Shown: piece after piece, positions 1 to 14,345 of the stretch
How positions within the stretch are numbered: the first letter of the stretch is position 1
Layout: the number at the start of each line of letters is the position of its first letter
Origin: Ranitomeya imitator
Taxonomy: Eukaryota
Reading direction: 5' to 3'
Length of the DNA: 64,000 nt
Assembly: GCF_032444005.1 (NCBI RefSeq)
Contig: NC_091285.1
Location: 13,268,001-13,332,000 of the forward strand
Notes under the pieces: model-generated
The model's input: only the letters and a program-made list of their open reading frames with translations
Told to the model about the DNA's origin: nothing
The model's database searches: none
Made by a program: the position numbers and the translations under genes

Positions 1-113
1 TTCCTAGGCTATAAACACCGATCCCCAGTCGCTGGCTTTCCCGCTCTGGACTTGAAAAGTGTGCAGGATCCCACGCAATTTAAAAAAAAAAATTAAACAG
101 ATATTGTGCTTAA

Positions 114-308
114 GGCCGGGGTCACACTTGCGAGAAACTTGTACAAGTCTCTCGCCTCAATACCCGACACTGCAACTGGCACTCTGAACCAGAGTGTGCG
201 GCTCCATGTATTTCTATGCAGCTGGACGCTCCTGTCCAATGCCGGCGGCAGTGCCGGGTATTGACTTGCGAGACTCGTGCGAGTTTCTCGTAAATTGTGA
301 CCCCGGTC
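114..308. mobile_element. Harbinger-type MITE
   Basis: TIRs GGCCGGGGTCACAC / TGTGACCCCGGTC flanked by TAA on both sides; related copies near 35577-35761 and 45003-45186. Confidence 0.6.
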
Positions 309-1474
309 TAAAGCAGATTTTTTCTATCTATAAATAGATCTATCCATTGATAGATCTAAAGATATATTTAGATATACTGTAGATAGATCAATTGATAGAT
401 GGATAGATATAGATAGATCTATAGATAGATATCTAGAGAGATGTCTATCTATAGATGTATATGTCTATCTATCTCATTCCTTCTGTTTATCTATCTGTGC
501 GTGTAATGGAGTGTGGGTTGGACAAATGTTAAAGAGGAGGTAGGACCAGAAATGACATCACAATTTTTTTTTTTTTGGTTCAATAGTGGATCTGTATTTA
601 GCTTTCAAAAACTAATACAAATCTGCATGAAAAAAAAAAAAAACGCAGCAAAAAACACAGCAAAAATGCAGCAAATCCACACCTGCGTTTTCTGGCAAGA
701 GAGGGAAGAATCTGCACAGGCAAATCTGCAACGTGTGCACAGACCCTGTAATTCAAGTTTCAGTTTATGCTGTAAATATTCAAGTTTGTAAATGAAATTG
801 CACACACTGGTATTTTTTGTTGAGCATCCGATTATTCTTTCTTCATTTTCAGCTTAAAAACTGATATTTTGATCATGTTTACATCTGGAATAGAGTGTGC
901 AGCTCCCAGCGCCTCTGTATATATGGAAATAAAGGCTATTGTGAGGATTCAGCTTTTTTTCGATTATTTTGCGCATAATGTAAATTTCTTCTTATTTGGA
1001 CTCACACAGGATTATATAGACAAGTATGCAAATTAATTGTAAGTGTTCAGGGTGATCACAATGGATACGGCCTGCCCTCATACAGAGTCCAGGACTTGTT
1101 CTTCAAGGTTGGGGGATGCTTGGAGAAAAGTCCATGTACATGATTAATTCAGGGAACAAGGTGGATGACAAAATGGTTTCCTTCACAATCCCGTTCATCT
1201 AGTGCCGTATACAGAAATTGTGCTATTGATGCCTATACGCTTTCCACACTGTACTGTATACCCTCCATATAGCGCTGTATATTCCTGACATGAACACCAA
1301 ATAGTACTATGGATCCACCCCCACACAGCACCAGATTCCTTAACCCCCAAGACCCTCAGTGTTAACCCATTAGAGCCTGCAATGTTTCCAGCTGCAGTCA
1401 TCCCAGCACAGTGCTATCAGCAGCCCCTTCCCCTCCTCCCCAGCAGCTGTAGCTTCTCCTCAGAAGATGTGGGG

Positions 1475-1490
1475 GGCTCTTAGAAGAGCC
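1475..1490 (-). promoter_or_regulatory. Histone 3' stem-loop of H4 copy 1
   Basis: Minus strand GGCTCT-TCTA-AGAGCC just downstream of the H4 stop, followed by a purine-rich HDE-like GAGGAGAAGCT. Confidence 0.9.
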
Positions 1491-1515
1491 TTTGTGTTTT
1501 AGCAGAACAGAGACC

Positions 1516-1872
<357 letters not shown>

Positions 1873-2924
1873 TTATATGGTCCATGAGTGGACCAGAAAG
1901 AGAACTGCAGCGATGAAACGTTTCATGGGCAGGGATGTAATTAAATAGCATAGTTAGCTCCGCCCCTTCCTCTGCTGATTGGCCAAGCACAGAACTGTTA
2001 GTGAATTTGAATTTCCCGCTTATTTTGTTTTTTCCAGCTTCTACCAAGATGACCCTAAAAATAGTCACAAACCTGATTCCTCTCCCCAGTGACCTCCTGC
2101 TCGGAGTGATTACTATGTGAGAACCAGATCTGGAGATCAGTCTGTCAGTTATAGTGCTGTATTCTCACCATCCACATAGTAGTGTATAACCTCCATTTTT
2201 TATTTTGCTCTAATTATGTTGTGTTTGAAACTGTTAAACTGTAAAGCGCTGCGGAATATGTTGGCGCTATGTAAATTATATACTACTGTATTCCTCCATG
2301 TAGTGCTATAAACCCTCAAAGTGCTTTATACCCTCCGTATTGTGCTCTGCTCACGTAGCAGCAGCGCCTGTGTCAAGAATCGTACTGCTCCATTAATGAT
2401 GTGAGATTCAGACCTACAAATAGATCATTCTTTGGGAGCTTATTGACCATGTGCCTTCAGCTGTTTGCAGAGCAAAGGGTGTGTAATGTCAGGAATATCA
2501 GCTAGAATACAGAGCTCCAATGAGATTTAAGAGAAACTGCTGAAAATATCACTAACACTGAAAGTCCTTAAACAGCCCATCTCCACCTATTGTCAGCAGA
2601 ACAACGTAACCAGAGAACTAGGACTCCGCACTCTGGGAGAACAGGATCCAGTGAAGTGCAATAGGGCATTAATGGTGGCCGGCATCTGCCCCTTCATGGC
2701 CAGACCATTCCCAGCATTCCACATCCGCTCTATAGCCCACTATCAACATCATCATTCTCCCCATCTTTATATCACCTTCCTCTAATCTCCCTCCCAACTT
2801 GTGCTCTAAGGACAGAAACAGACCCTCGTCTGAGCCTCTGAACAAATGAGATGACGGTCAGTGCAGCCACATGTTCCCCATGTAGAACAAAAGCAGCCAC
2901 AGCTCTGATGTAGACGGGGTGGGT

Positions 2925-2940
2925 GGCTCTTAGAAGAGCC
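2925..2940 (-). promoter_or_regulatory. Histone 3' stem-loop of H2B copy 1
   Basis: GGCTCT-TCTA-AGAGCC-ACCCA on minus strand, with HDE-like CAGAGCT downstream. Confidence 0.9.
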
Positions 2941-2971
2941 TTTGGGTTTTGGGTGCAGAGCACGGAGCAGA

Positions 2972-4076
<1,105 letters not shown>

Positions 4077-4794
4077 GCAACACTGATCCCATCTATCCAC
4101 ACAACCCAAAGGCTCTTCTAAGAGCCACCCACACCATCATCACAAGAGCTGACGCCGCTGATCTCTGCTGTGATGTTCTGTGCATACAGATCTGTTATTT
4201 GCCTGACATTCTGTATAACATTAGAGTAAACAAGAGCTGTAGTAGCACCCGGCAGTGGGTATAATCCTGTCACTATTGGGTTGGCACAGTGGGACTGATG
4301 ATGGTTAATAATCTGCTGTGACTGGCACTTACTGGTCTGGTATCAGGTCTTACACCCTCCTCTCCCCCAACCTCCAGGTCCTGTAGTCCAAAGTGTGAGT
4401 AATAAACCTGCAGTAAGGTGACCACACGTTCATATTTATGACCTGTGCTGGGCACCTTGCATTAGATGAGTATTGTGGGCAGATGCTGCTCCTGGTGGCA
4501 GCATTAGTGCACTGCAGTATGACCCTATGTGCTGCCACATGTGATGTGAGGACTGTGCATTAACTGTGGTGTATGGGGGGGGAGGGGATATCCAAATATA
4601 TACACACCCCATATTGTGTTGTATGCCACCATGTAGTGCGATTGCGATGTACCTCCTATATAGTGCTGAATACGGTCATATAGCTCTATAAGATGTTGTT
4701 TCCCTTCATTTAGCGCTGTGCACCACTTATTACACTGAGGAGAAACTATCAGCTTTAATATGGGAATTTTACATTCAGTGTTCTGTAGGGTGGT

Positions 4795-4810
4795 GACTCT
4801 GCAAAGAGCC
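4795..4810 (-). other. Orphan degenerate histone-type stem-loop
   Basis: Minus strand AAA-GGCTCT-TTGC-AGAGTC-ACCA with no histone ORF upstream of it. Confidence 0.5.
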
Positions 4811-4863
4811 TTTGTGGAAGGACAGGGCAGAGAGATATAGATAGCTATATATAGAGATAGATA

Positions 4864-6466
4864 CAGTGGGGCAAAAAAGTATTTAGTCAGTCAGCAATAG
4901 TGCAAGTTCCACCACTTAAAAAGATGAGAGGTGTCTGTAATTTACATCATAGGTAGACCTCAACTATGGGAGACAAACTGAGAAAAAAAAATCCAGAAAA
5001 TCACATTGTCTGTTTTTTTAACATTTTATTTGCATATTATGGTGGAAAATAAGTATTTGGTCAGAAACAAAATTTCATCTCAATACTTTGTAATATATCC
5101 TTTGTTGGCAATGACAGAGGTCAAACGTTTTCTGTAAGTCTTCACAAGGTTGCCACACACTGTTGTTGGTATGTTGGCCCATTCCTCCATGCAGATCTCC
5201 TCTAGAGCAGTGATGTTTTTGGCTTTTCGCTTGGCAACACGGACTTTCAACTCCCTCCAAAGGTTTTCTATAGGGTTGAGATCTGGAGACTGGCTAGGCC
5301 ACTCCAGGACCTTGAAATGCTTGTTACGAAGCCACTCCTTCGTTGCCCTGGCGGTGTGCTTTGGATCATTGTCATGTTGAAAGACCCAGCCACGTTTCAT
5401 CTTCAATGCCCTTGCTGATGGAATGAGGTTTGCACTCAAAATCTCACGATACATGGCCCCATTCATTCTTTCATGTACCCGGATCAGTCGTCCTGGCCCC
5501 TTTGCAGAGAAACAGCCCCAAAGCATGATGTTTCCACCACCATGCTTTACAGTAGGTATGGTGTTTGATGGATGCAACTCAGTATTCTTTTTCCTCCAAA
5601 CACGACAAGTTGTGTTTCTACCAAACAGTTCCAGTTTGGTTTCATCAGACCATAGGACATTCTCCAAAAACTCCTCTGGATCATCCAAATGCTCTCTAGC
5701 AAACTTCAGACGGGCCCGGACATGTACTGGCTTAAGCAGTGGGACACGTCTGGCACTGCAGGATCTGAGTCCATGGTGGCGTAGTGTGTTACTTATGGTA
5801 GGCCTTGTTACATTGGTCCCAGCTCTCTGCAGTTCATTCACTAGGTCCCCCCGCGTGGTTCTGGGATTTTTGCTCACCGTTCTTGTGATCATTCTGACCC
5901 CACGGGGTGGGATTTTGCATGGAGCCCCAGATCGAGGGAGATTATCAGTGGTCTTGTATGTCTTCCATTTTCTAATTATTGCTCCCACTGTTGATTTCTT
6001 CACTCCAAGCTGGTTGGCTATTGCAGATTCAGTCTTCCCAGCCTGGTGCAGGGCTACAATTTTGTTTCTGGTGTCCTTTGACAGCTCTTTGGTCTTCACC
6101 ATAGTGGAGTTTGGAGTCAGACTGTTTGAGGGTGTGCACAGGTGTCTTTTTATACTGATAACAAGTTTAAACAGGTGTCATTACTACAGGTAATGAGTGG
6201 AGGAAAGAGGAGACTCTTAAAGAAGAAGTTACAGGTCTGTGAGAGCCAGAAATCTTGATTGTTTCTGACCAAATACTTATTTTCCACCATAATATGCAAA
6301 TAAATTGATAAAAAAAACAGACAATGTGATTTTCTGGATTTTTTTTTCTCAGTTTGTCTCCCATAGTTGAGGTCTACCTATGATGTAAATTACAGACGCC
6401 TCTCATCTTTTTAAGTGGTGGAACTTGCACTATTGCTGACTGACTAAATACTTTTTTGCCCCACTG
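4864..6466 (-). mobile_element. Tc1-family DNA transposon, full length (1603 bp)
   Basis: TA at 4862-4863 and 6467-6468; ~200 bp TIRs starting CAGTGGGGCAAAAAAG; internal transposase ORF. Confidence 0.96.
5080..6102 (-). CDS. Tc1 DD34E transposase, intact 340 aa
   Basis: N-terminal HTH with LPRSGAP; catalytic motifs [23 protein letters not shown]; no stops. Confidence 0.95.
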   Translation of the reverse strand: MVKTKELSKDTRNKIVALHQAGKTESAIANQLGVKKSTVGAIIRKWKTYKTTDNLPRSGAPCKIPPRGVRMITRTVSKNPRTTRGDLVNELQRAGTNVTRPTISNTLRHHGLRSCSARRVPLLKPVHVRARLKFAREHLDDPEEFLENVLWSDETKLELFGRNTTCRVWRKKNTELHPSNTIPTVKHGGGNIMLWGCFSAKGPGRLIRVHERMNGAMYREILSANLIPSARALKMKRGWVFQHDNDPKHTARATKEWLRNKHFKVLEWPSQSPDLNPIENLWRELKVRVAKRKAKNITALEEICMEEWANIPTTVCGNLVKTYRKRLTSVIANKGYITKY

Positions 6467-6470
6467 TATA

Positions 6471-6566
6471 GATACTCACCTACAGTATCCTCACCCGTCC
6501 CTTGTAGATTGAGCCCTCGCAGGCAGGATCTGCTCTCCTCCTATACCAGTTGTGACTTGTATTGTT
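6471..6566 (+). mobile_element. L2-type LINE 3' end, split by the Harbinger element (continues 13938-14030)
   Basis: Matches the uninterrupted tail at 14346-14533 and 8200-8390. Confidence 0.8.
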
Positions 6567-7884
6567 TAAGGCTACGTTCACATTAGCGTCTTGCGACGCA
6601 GCGTCGTCGACTCATAACGACGCATGCGTCATGCACCCCTATCTTTAACATTGGGGACGCATGAACATGCGTTGTCATGCGTTTTGGTGCAACGCACGAC
6701 GCATGTGTCATTTGGCCGCACCTGGCGGGGCGCGGGCGACGCTACATGTTGCAGTTTTGTAGCGTCGTAAAAACGCGTGCGTCGCACGTGCGTCGTAATT
6801 GCGTTACAATCCCCATTGAAACCAATTGACAACGCACGGGACGCAAGTGCGTGCGTCGTGCATGCGTCGGTAAATAAAATTATCCAAAAATTGTCTAGAC
6901 TGTGTCTAGACAGTGAAAAAACTTCCCCCATATATAAACAAAAGTTTGCATTGTTTTTGTCACTTGTCCTGCAGCATACCAAGACACCAGACCTCATCAT
7001 CTGCTTTCAAGAGATGTAAGTATAGAATGATTCTGCGCATTTTCTACATGTTTTATTTGTAAATTGTTTTATTGCAAGTTGTGTATGTTCTGCACTGTGG
7101 TTGTGTAAAGACATTGGTGTATTTTTATTCTGGTTGTGATGTATGGCGTTGTATAGGATGGCGTTTCATTGTCTCCGGCCTTGTTGATTATTGTAAAGTA
7201 CAGTGGTCTTTCCAGGATTGACTTTTCTTTTCCATTTTTTTTTTTTTTTGGGGGGGGTGTTTTTGGTATTCTGGTTGTGATGTATATTTCTGGCATTATG
7301 GCGTTTCATTGTCTCCGGCCATGTTGGTTTTATTGTAAAGTATGGTGGTGTATCCAGGATTGACTTTTCTTTTTTTTTTTTTTTTGGGTTGTTACTTTTT
7401 TTTCTGAAATCTATTGTGCTGTTTTGTTTGTTCCGTGCATGCGGTTGTTCCACTGTGTTTTTTTTTTTAAATAGAAATGTTTTCTGATGAATTTCAGTGC
7501 TTCCTATGTAGCCGTACTCTTTTTAGATTTTTTATTTTTTCTATAGTAACGTATGGCGTTATGGTTTGCCTTTTCTTGTGCCTTTTGGAAATCAATGTTG
7601 TAAAAATTTGGCTCAAAAAAATCTGTCTTTTTGGATTAGTACATAGGGTCTGTTGTTTATTTGTTTTCTTATCTTTCCTGGGACTGGTATTATGCTTTTG
7701 TTTATACTCTGGCATTGTGTCGTCCCTGCCATTGTTTTTTATTTCAATGTATGGCTGTGTTGTTTGCTCAGCGCTAGTTCAGTTGGCATTGTACTATGAG
7801 TGCACTGTTCGTTGTGGTCGTAATGTTAATGTATGGATTTCTTGATATTTTCCTATATTTTCCTCTGTATTGTGCATAGTAACC

Positions 7885-8390
7885 ATGACATATAAAGCCA
7901 TCCACAACCTGTCTCCTCCATACATCTGTGACCTCGTCTCCCGGTACTTTCCTGCACGCAACCTCCGATCCTCACAAGATCTCCTTCTCTACTCCCCTAT
8001 TATCTCCTCTTCCCACAATCGCATACAAGATTTCTCTCGTGCATCCCCCCTACTCTGGAATGCTCTACCACAACATATCAGACTCTCGCCTACCATCGAA
8101 ACCTTCAAAAAGAACCTGAAGACCCACCTCTTCCGACAAGCCTACAACCTGCAGTAACCACCGATTGACCAAACCGCTGCACGGCCAGCTCTACCCTCAC
8201 CTACTGTATCCTCACCCATCCCTTGTAGATTGTGAGCCCTCGCGGGCAGGGTCCTCTCTCCTCCTGTACCAGTTGTGACTTGTATTTTTCAAGATTATTG
8301 TACTTGTTTTATTATGTATACCCCTCCTCACATGTAAAGCGCCATGGAATAAATGGCGCTATAATAATAAATAATAATAATAATAATAAT
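7885..8390 (+). mobile_element. 5'-truncated L2 LINE nested in the Harbinger
   Basis: RT C-terminus (...PLLWNALPQHIRLSPTIETFKKNLKTHLFRQAY), 3' GCGCCAT..ATGGCGC hairpin and (ATA)n tail. Confidence 0.85.
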
Positions 8391-8558
8391 AGTAAAATAA
8401 TTACATTTTTTTCATTTGAGAATTTCATCAAGTTTATTGGCCAGCGACTCAAGCCACACCACACCGCTGGGGAGTCAGGTGAGTACATGATCTACTGTTG
8501 CTTACTATTCGGTGTCATTTGTAGACGTGTCACTCAATTTTTTAAAACTATTTTCCAG

Positions 8559-10829
8559 GCTTCTTCAAGTGAGGAGGAACAGACCCAGCAGGAGCAGCGT
8601 CCACGGGGCCAAACTGTGGTGGCAAGACGGTGAGTAAGTTTTTTTTCAAACAACCTAGGTGGACCAGGTGGTGTTGAGACGGATGTGGGCTGAGGTGGCC
8701 AAACCGCTGTGGGATGGCTTTGACAGCGCTTCACCCACGGACAAAGATAAATTTGGTAAGTATTGCCGAAATTCCGCTCTGATCCATCAGGCCAGGATAC
8801 ACAACCGTTTGTGATGTGTTCTACTTTTGTGGCATCGCACACGGTTGCGTATCAAATAAAAAAAGTTTATCTCAACCTTAATTTTTTGTTTGACTTTTTC
8901 ACAGTCAAAAAATTGAAGACCAGATGGCACTCCATGAAGGACCGTTTCAATCGGGGCCTGAAAAAGGAGGGACAGACACGTAGTGGTGCTGCTGCGGCAA
9001 GGACATCAACATACAAGTATAACAGAATTCTGCAGTTCCTGAGACCGGTCCTTGCCCGCCGACAGTAAGTATTTACCGATTCCCACACATCGGGTATTGA
9101 ACAACATGCCTATTCACGTAGTATATTCCCCAGCCACATAGTTATTGCCTAGCCATTTATTATATTGCCCAGTATACAGCACACAGACACATAGTAGATT
9201 GGCCAGCCACGCGCAATATTTCATTGTGGCGTAGTATATTGCCCTTCCTGGATTATCAGAGTTTCAAATAACACGTTAAAATAAAACACACGGGAGACCT
9301 TCTAGTCCGCGGCAGGTTCTGTTCCCAGGGTTGGTCTGATTGCAGGACCTGTGATGACGTCTCGGTCACATGACCGTGACATCATGGCAGTTCCAACGGT
9401 AAGCGTAAACCATGGCGTCCTTTAAAAACGCAAACCATGGCTGAGTATAGCATGGTAATTATTCTAATAAATTTTTTATCAATTTTTAATATTGATGCGG
9501 CATAGGCAGTGTCAATAGTAAAAATTTGGTTACATCCTTAACGGCGGCAACAGTTACCGCCGGTAAGTGTTTAACGCTGAGAGAGGTGAGTATGCGGGCG
9601 ACAGGCATTCACTGCGGGGAGTAAGGAGCGGCCATTTTATTCATGACTGTGCCCGGCGCTGATTGTTTGCGTCAGCCATGACAGACAGCTGGCCGTAACA
9701 TTCAGCGAATTAATACCGTTAGGACTGACAGACGGAACTGACCCTTTACATAAAAGGCCAAATTATAATTTTATAGTGTGTGATGCAATGTTGGCGAATG
9801 TGAAATGTTTTATTTTGTATACTAATGTTTTCCTTTTGTTTTCACAGAACACACAGCAACACCCTCGAGCCTGTTCGGCCCTCTGGAGCGGTCCTTCGTG
9901 AATCGCCATCTGACCCGTCACAGCCATCCCACAGCGAGAGTAGGCTTGCACCACCATCTGGAGAACCGGCAGCCGGTCCATCAGATGTTCCCCTGTCCGA
10001 GGCCACTGGCGCTCCTTCCTTCGGGTATTCCCGACAGCGTCAGCGGGCCTCGGACAGGCCGCTAATGCCCGAATTTTTGCATTTGAGCACGGTCTTCCAG
10101 AATTGTTTCAAGGCGCTGGGCGATAAAATGGACACAGCTCTGTCCAATTTCGACCGGCGCCTTCAAACAATGGAATCTGAGCTCTCGAGGCCGGCAAAAC
10201 ATTTCTTTAGTGCCATTGCGAAGGGCATGTTGGAACATCTTACGCCGGAACTCCAGATTTTGGTGATGCAGGCCTGCAACAATGCCTACGTCACTGCTCT
10301 GCAGCAGGCTCGGGTCATGCAGTCAGCGACTACAATGCCCGCAGTACCATCGCTGGCTAGCATGACTCCGACTCCTGCTGCAGAGCACCCACACAGAGCT
10401 CCGCGTGCCGAGGGCCACCGACACCATAGAACCGAGCCGCAAAGTCCTGCTCCTGCCAGGCCTTCAAGGCCACAAAGACGCCAGGCAGAACAACACCCAG
10501 AGGGAGAAAGAAGAAAACGGGCGAAAACTGTAACATCTACGGCGGCTCTGGCTGCTCCAATAGCAACACCAAGCTCTCGGCCGGGGTCTAGCCGGAGCAG
10601 GAGTAGCCAGAGCCAGTCCACAGTGCCAAAGACACTTGTCGTGCCTCCTCCCTCACCTCCTGCGTTGGCAATCTTGCCACCATCGACCACAGGGTGGTCA
10701 GACGTCGGCATACCCTCAAGTGTTTTGCTGTATGGTGGTTCCTGCTCCTCCTTCTCCTCTTCCTCCTCCACCCACTCCCAAACTGGTGGATATCAATCCC
10801 CCTTAATTGCGGAAGTTCTGACCCCTTAA
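8559..10829 (+). pseudogene. Harbinger accessory Myb/MADF-like gene, multi-exon, probably missing part of the domain
   Basis: GT-AG bounded exons encode VLRRMWAEVAK and KTRWHSMKDRF..YKYNRILQFLRP, then a long Ser/Pro-rich last exon at 9847-10829. Confidence 0.7.
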
Positions 10830-11099
10830 ACTTTACCCATTTTTCTTTTTGTTTCATCCCTAAATAAAATTGTTATTTTGATAACAACATTGTAGTTTCT
10901 TGGTCTAAAATAAAGTTTGCACCAACTCACACCGTGCGCCGTATACACAAATCTTGTGTTTTTAACACCTCATATCTGCAATGTCTGACACAATGTTATC
11001 AAGTTTGTTGTAAATTTTTTTGGGGTGTCTCACTGTACTATGAGATGTTACAAACACAAAGAGGATTAAATATATATCAATTTTCCAAACCTACTGTAA

Positions 11100-11520
11100 A
11101 GGTACCGTCACACATAACGATTGCGTTAACGATATCGTTGCTTTTTGTGACGTAGCAACGATATCGTTAACAAATCGTTATGCGTGACAGCGACCAACGA
11201 TCAGGCCCCTGTTGGGAGATCGTAGGTCGCTGTGAATGATCAGCACTTTTTTTGGTCGCAGATCACCCACTATCATCGCTGGATCGCCATGTGTGACACC
11301 AATCCAGCGATGTCTTCACTGGTAACCAGGGTAAACATCGGGTTACTAAAGCACAGGGCCGCTTTAGTAACCCGATGTTTACCCTGGTAAATTGTTGGTC
11401 GCTGGAGAGAGCTGTCTGTGTGACAGCTCTCCAGCGACCACACAACGACTTAACAACGATCACGGTCAGGTCGTATCGCTGGTCGTGATCGTTGGTTAAT
11501 AGTTTAGTGTAACGGTACCT
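11100..11520. mobile_element. Harbinger-type MITE nested in the Harbinger
   Basis: TIRs AGGTACCGTCACAC / GTGTAACGGTACCT; TAA TSD at 11097-11099 and 11521-11523. Confidence 0.8.
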
Positions 11521-11627
11521 TAAGGTTATTGGTCAGGTGAGGTGGTAGCAATGTTCACGTGGCCAAGTGTCGCCACTATTTTACTCTGGACGTATTCCAG
11601 CATCCTGAGTTCAATAGTGTTAACTCA

Positions 11628-11945
11628 CTAGAGTTGAGCGAACATGATCGTCTCCCTCCTTGTCAAGCAAAACACTTGCAGACTAGTAGCATATGGGCCG
11701 CGTCTTCATGGAGTGCGGATTATGATCTGCAGCCACATGTTCCGAGGCTGTGTGACAGGCAGAACACATGCACATCCAAGGCCTATTTGTTGGCATCGCC
11801 ATGCATGTGTAGTGCCTGTCACACAGCCGCGGCACATGCAGCGGCAGAAAACCTGCTTCAGCCATCACGCTCCATGATGCCAGGTTCCATATGCAAATAG
11901 TCTGCAAGATTAATTGCTTGACAAGGTGGGAGCCGATCATGTTCG
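11628..11945. mobile_element. hAT-like MITE remnant
   Basis: TAGAGTTGAGCGAACATGATCG start with an inverted partner CGATCATGTTCGC and an internal imperfect palindrome. Confidence 0.5.
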
Positions 11946-12192
11946 CGTGTAAAACTATGAAACACACGGCTATGTGAACAATTTGTTTGTATTGTCAGAG
12001 TCAATGTGGTAACTGGTGCTCACATTACTACATTTTGTGGTACACACATTTGGTTATAGAACATTGGATTTGTTTAAAAAAAATTTTTATTGGCAACAAC
12101 ATTGTAACATGGGGTAGCATTTTTTTTTTTTTAAACGGAAAGGCACAATAAATTTAGTTACAGTTTCAGCAGAATGAAATACTGTTTCTACA

Positions 12193-13608
12193 TTAAACCA
12201 TTTGATCTTGCCATGACACACGGCCAACATCTGAAACAAAATATGAAGCAAATCGATCCCTCATCTGAGCAATTTCCAAAGTTGTCCTCAGAGGATGATC
12301 TTGGAAATCAGGCAATGGGTTTGGTATGGGTTCATCTAGTTCCACGTTGACTCTCTTTAGCAATAATATAATTGTGGAGAACCACACAAGTCTTCACCAC
12401 CTGATCAACTGTCTCAATTTTCAGATTAATGGCGGATCCTAAAATCCGCCATTTGGAGACAAGGATTCCAAAGGCACACTCCACAGTTCTTCTGGCCCTG
12501 GACAGTCCATAATTAAAAATTATTTTTGTGTGGTTCAAGCCCCGACTGAAGTACGGTTTCAGTAGGTTGGCACACATTTGGAAAGCCTCGTCACCAACCA
12601 CAACAAATGGCATGGCCGGGCCTTCGGTGTTGGGAAGAGGTCGTGGCTGGGGGAAATTAAAATTGTTCTCATATAACCTTCGGCCCATATCAGACTCCTT
12701 AAATGTCCGTGAATCATTTGCACGGCCAAACGCTCCAATGTCCACGGCGAGAAACCTGCAGTCCGCACCAGCAATTGCCATCAGCACGGTGGAAAAGTAT
12801 TTTTTGTAATTAAAAAAAAGAGATCCACTTCTTGCTGGCTTTGTAATCCTAAAGTGCTTCCCATCCACTGCTCCAATACAGTTAGGGAAAGAACACAGTT
12901 GTTCAAATTTTTGGGCGTTGGCCTGCCATAATTCTGTAGTTGGGATTGGTAAAAATTCCTCACGGAGATTGTCCCACAATGCGCGGCATGTGTCGGCAAT
13001 AATACCCGAAAGTGTGGAGACTCCAATCCGAAACTGGAAATGCAGGGATCTCAAGGTCTCTCCGGTTGCCAGGAAACTGACAAGAAGAAAAATAAATAAA
13101 TTTAATTAATTAAAGTACATTGTTATAAAATAAAATTACATTTTCCATCCCTCCTCCCCCGCCCCCCACCAAAAAAAAAGGTTATTTAAAAAAAGGGCAG
13201 AACTATATAAAGTCCTTCAAATAGCTACATTACGTACCGTAGAGTCACCAGCAGACGTTCCTCGGCAGAAATTGATCTCCGGAGCTGCGTGTCCTTCCTG
13301 GTAATGTCTCCTTCCACCAGACGCAGCAGATAGCGGAAGCTGTTTTGAGACATCCTGGTATACTCAAAATATTTTTCCAGGTTGTAATTTAGCTCGCCAA
13401 ATAAACAATGGTAGGCTCCACGACTCTCTCGGACTTCCACTATAGGGTGTAGCCAAAAGCGCCGATGACTCCTCCTCCGTTGTTTATCTCTTTTTCTTTG
13501 TTCATGACAGGCAATAGCGTAAGCATTAGCAATGGCAAAATCCAGCTCCATATTGAGGTAGATACTCTCCATGGGACGCTCCATCTTGATGCTGAAAACA
13601 CGCAACAT
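12193..13608 (-). pseudogene. Harbinger DDE transposase, one intron (13077-13237), frameshift near 12350
   Basis: Splicing restores LLVTLR|FLATGETLRSLHFQF; triad motifs GAVDGKH, VVGDEAF, TVECAFG; the last ~50 aa are in another frame. Confidence 0.88.
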
Positions 13609-14204
13609 GGGAGGAATTTATATATTCCGGGGGTATATATACTAAAATTTCATTATACCCACCCTCTTCTATCTATTGGTGGTCTTTATCTAGTGTCTAG
13701 ACACTAGATAAAGGTTCTTTGTCATGCTATTGGGTGGAAAATGACATCATTGTTTGACAACGCATGCGTCGAAAAACGCGTTTTTCACAAAAACGCAACA
13801 AAAACGCGCAAAGAACGCTGCGTTTTTAGACGCATGCGTTTAACGCATGCGTCGAAAACGTTGCGTTTTATTGTGCGTTCCTAATGCGTCGTGCGTTGCG
13901 CCGGCGACGCTGCGTCGCAAATGTGAACGTACCCTAAGATTATTGTACTTGTTTTTAGTATGTATACCACTCCTCACATGTAAAGCGCCATGGAAAAAAT
14001 GGCGCTATAACAATAAATAATAATAATAGATATAGATAGATAGATACAGATCGATAGATAGAGAAAACAAAAAGCAGCACCAAAAGAAGACAAAGGGTGC
14101 AAAAAATCCTTCCAGGTATATACCAAACCTCATGCTATTGTCCAGAAAAATGAAGGCAGCACTCCAATAGAAAAAATAGGTGATTTATTTATTATTTATG
14201 TATA

Positions 14205-14243
14205 GATGGAGATATAGATAGATAGAGATGGAGATATAGATAG

Positions 14244-14287
<44 letters not shown>

Positions 14288-14345
14288 TAGAGATAAATAG
14301 AGAAGATAGATATAGATAGAGATAAATAGAGAAGATAGATATAGA
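14205..14345. repeat. (GATA)n/(TA)n microsatellite
   Basis: Direct reading. Confidence 0.85.

Larger units (their letters stand above)
6570..13934. mobile_element. PIF/Harbinger transposon with convergent transposase and Myb/MADF genes (7365 bp)
   Basis: TAA TSD at 6567-6569 and 13935-13937; TIRs GG(C/G)TACGTTCACATT..TGCGACGCAGCGTCG; the empty site GTATTGTT-TAA-GATTATTG is present in another L2 tail in the window. Confidence 0.93.
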
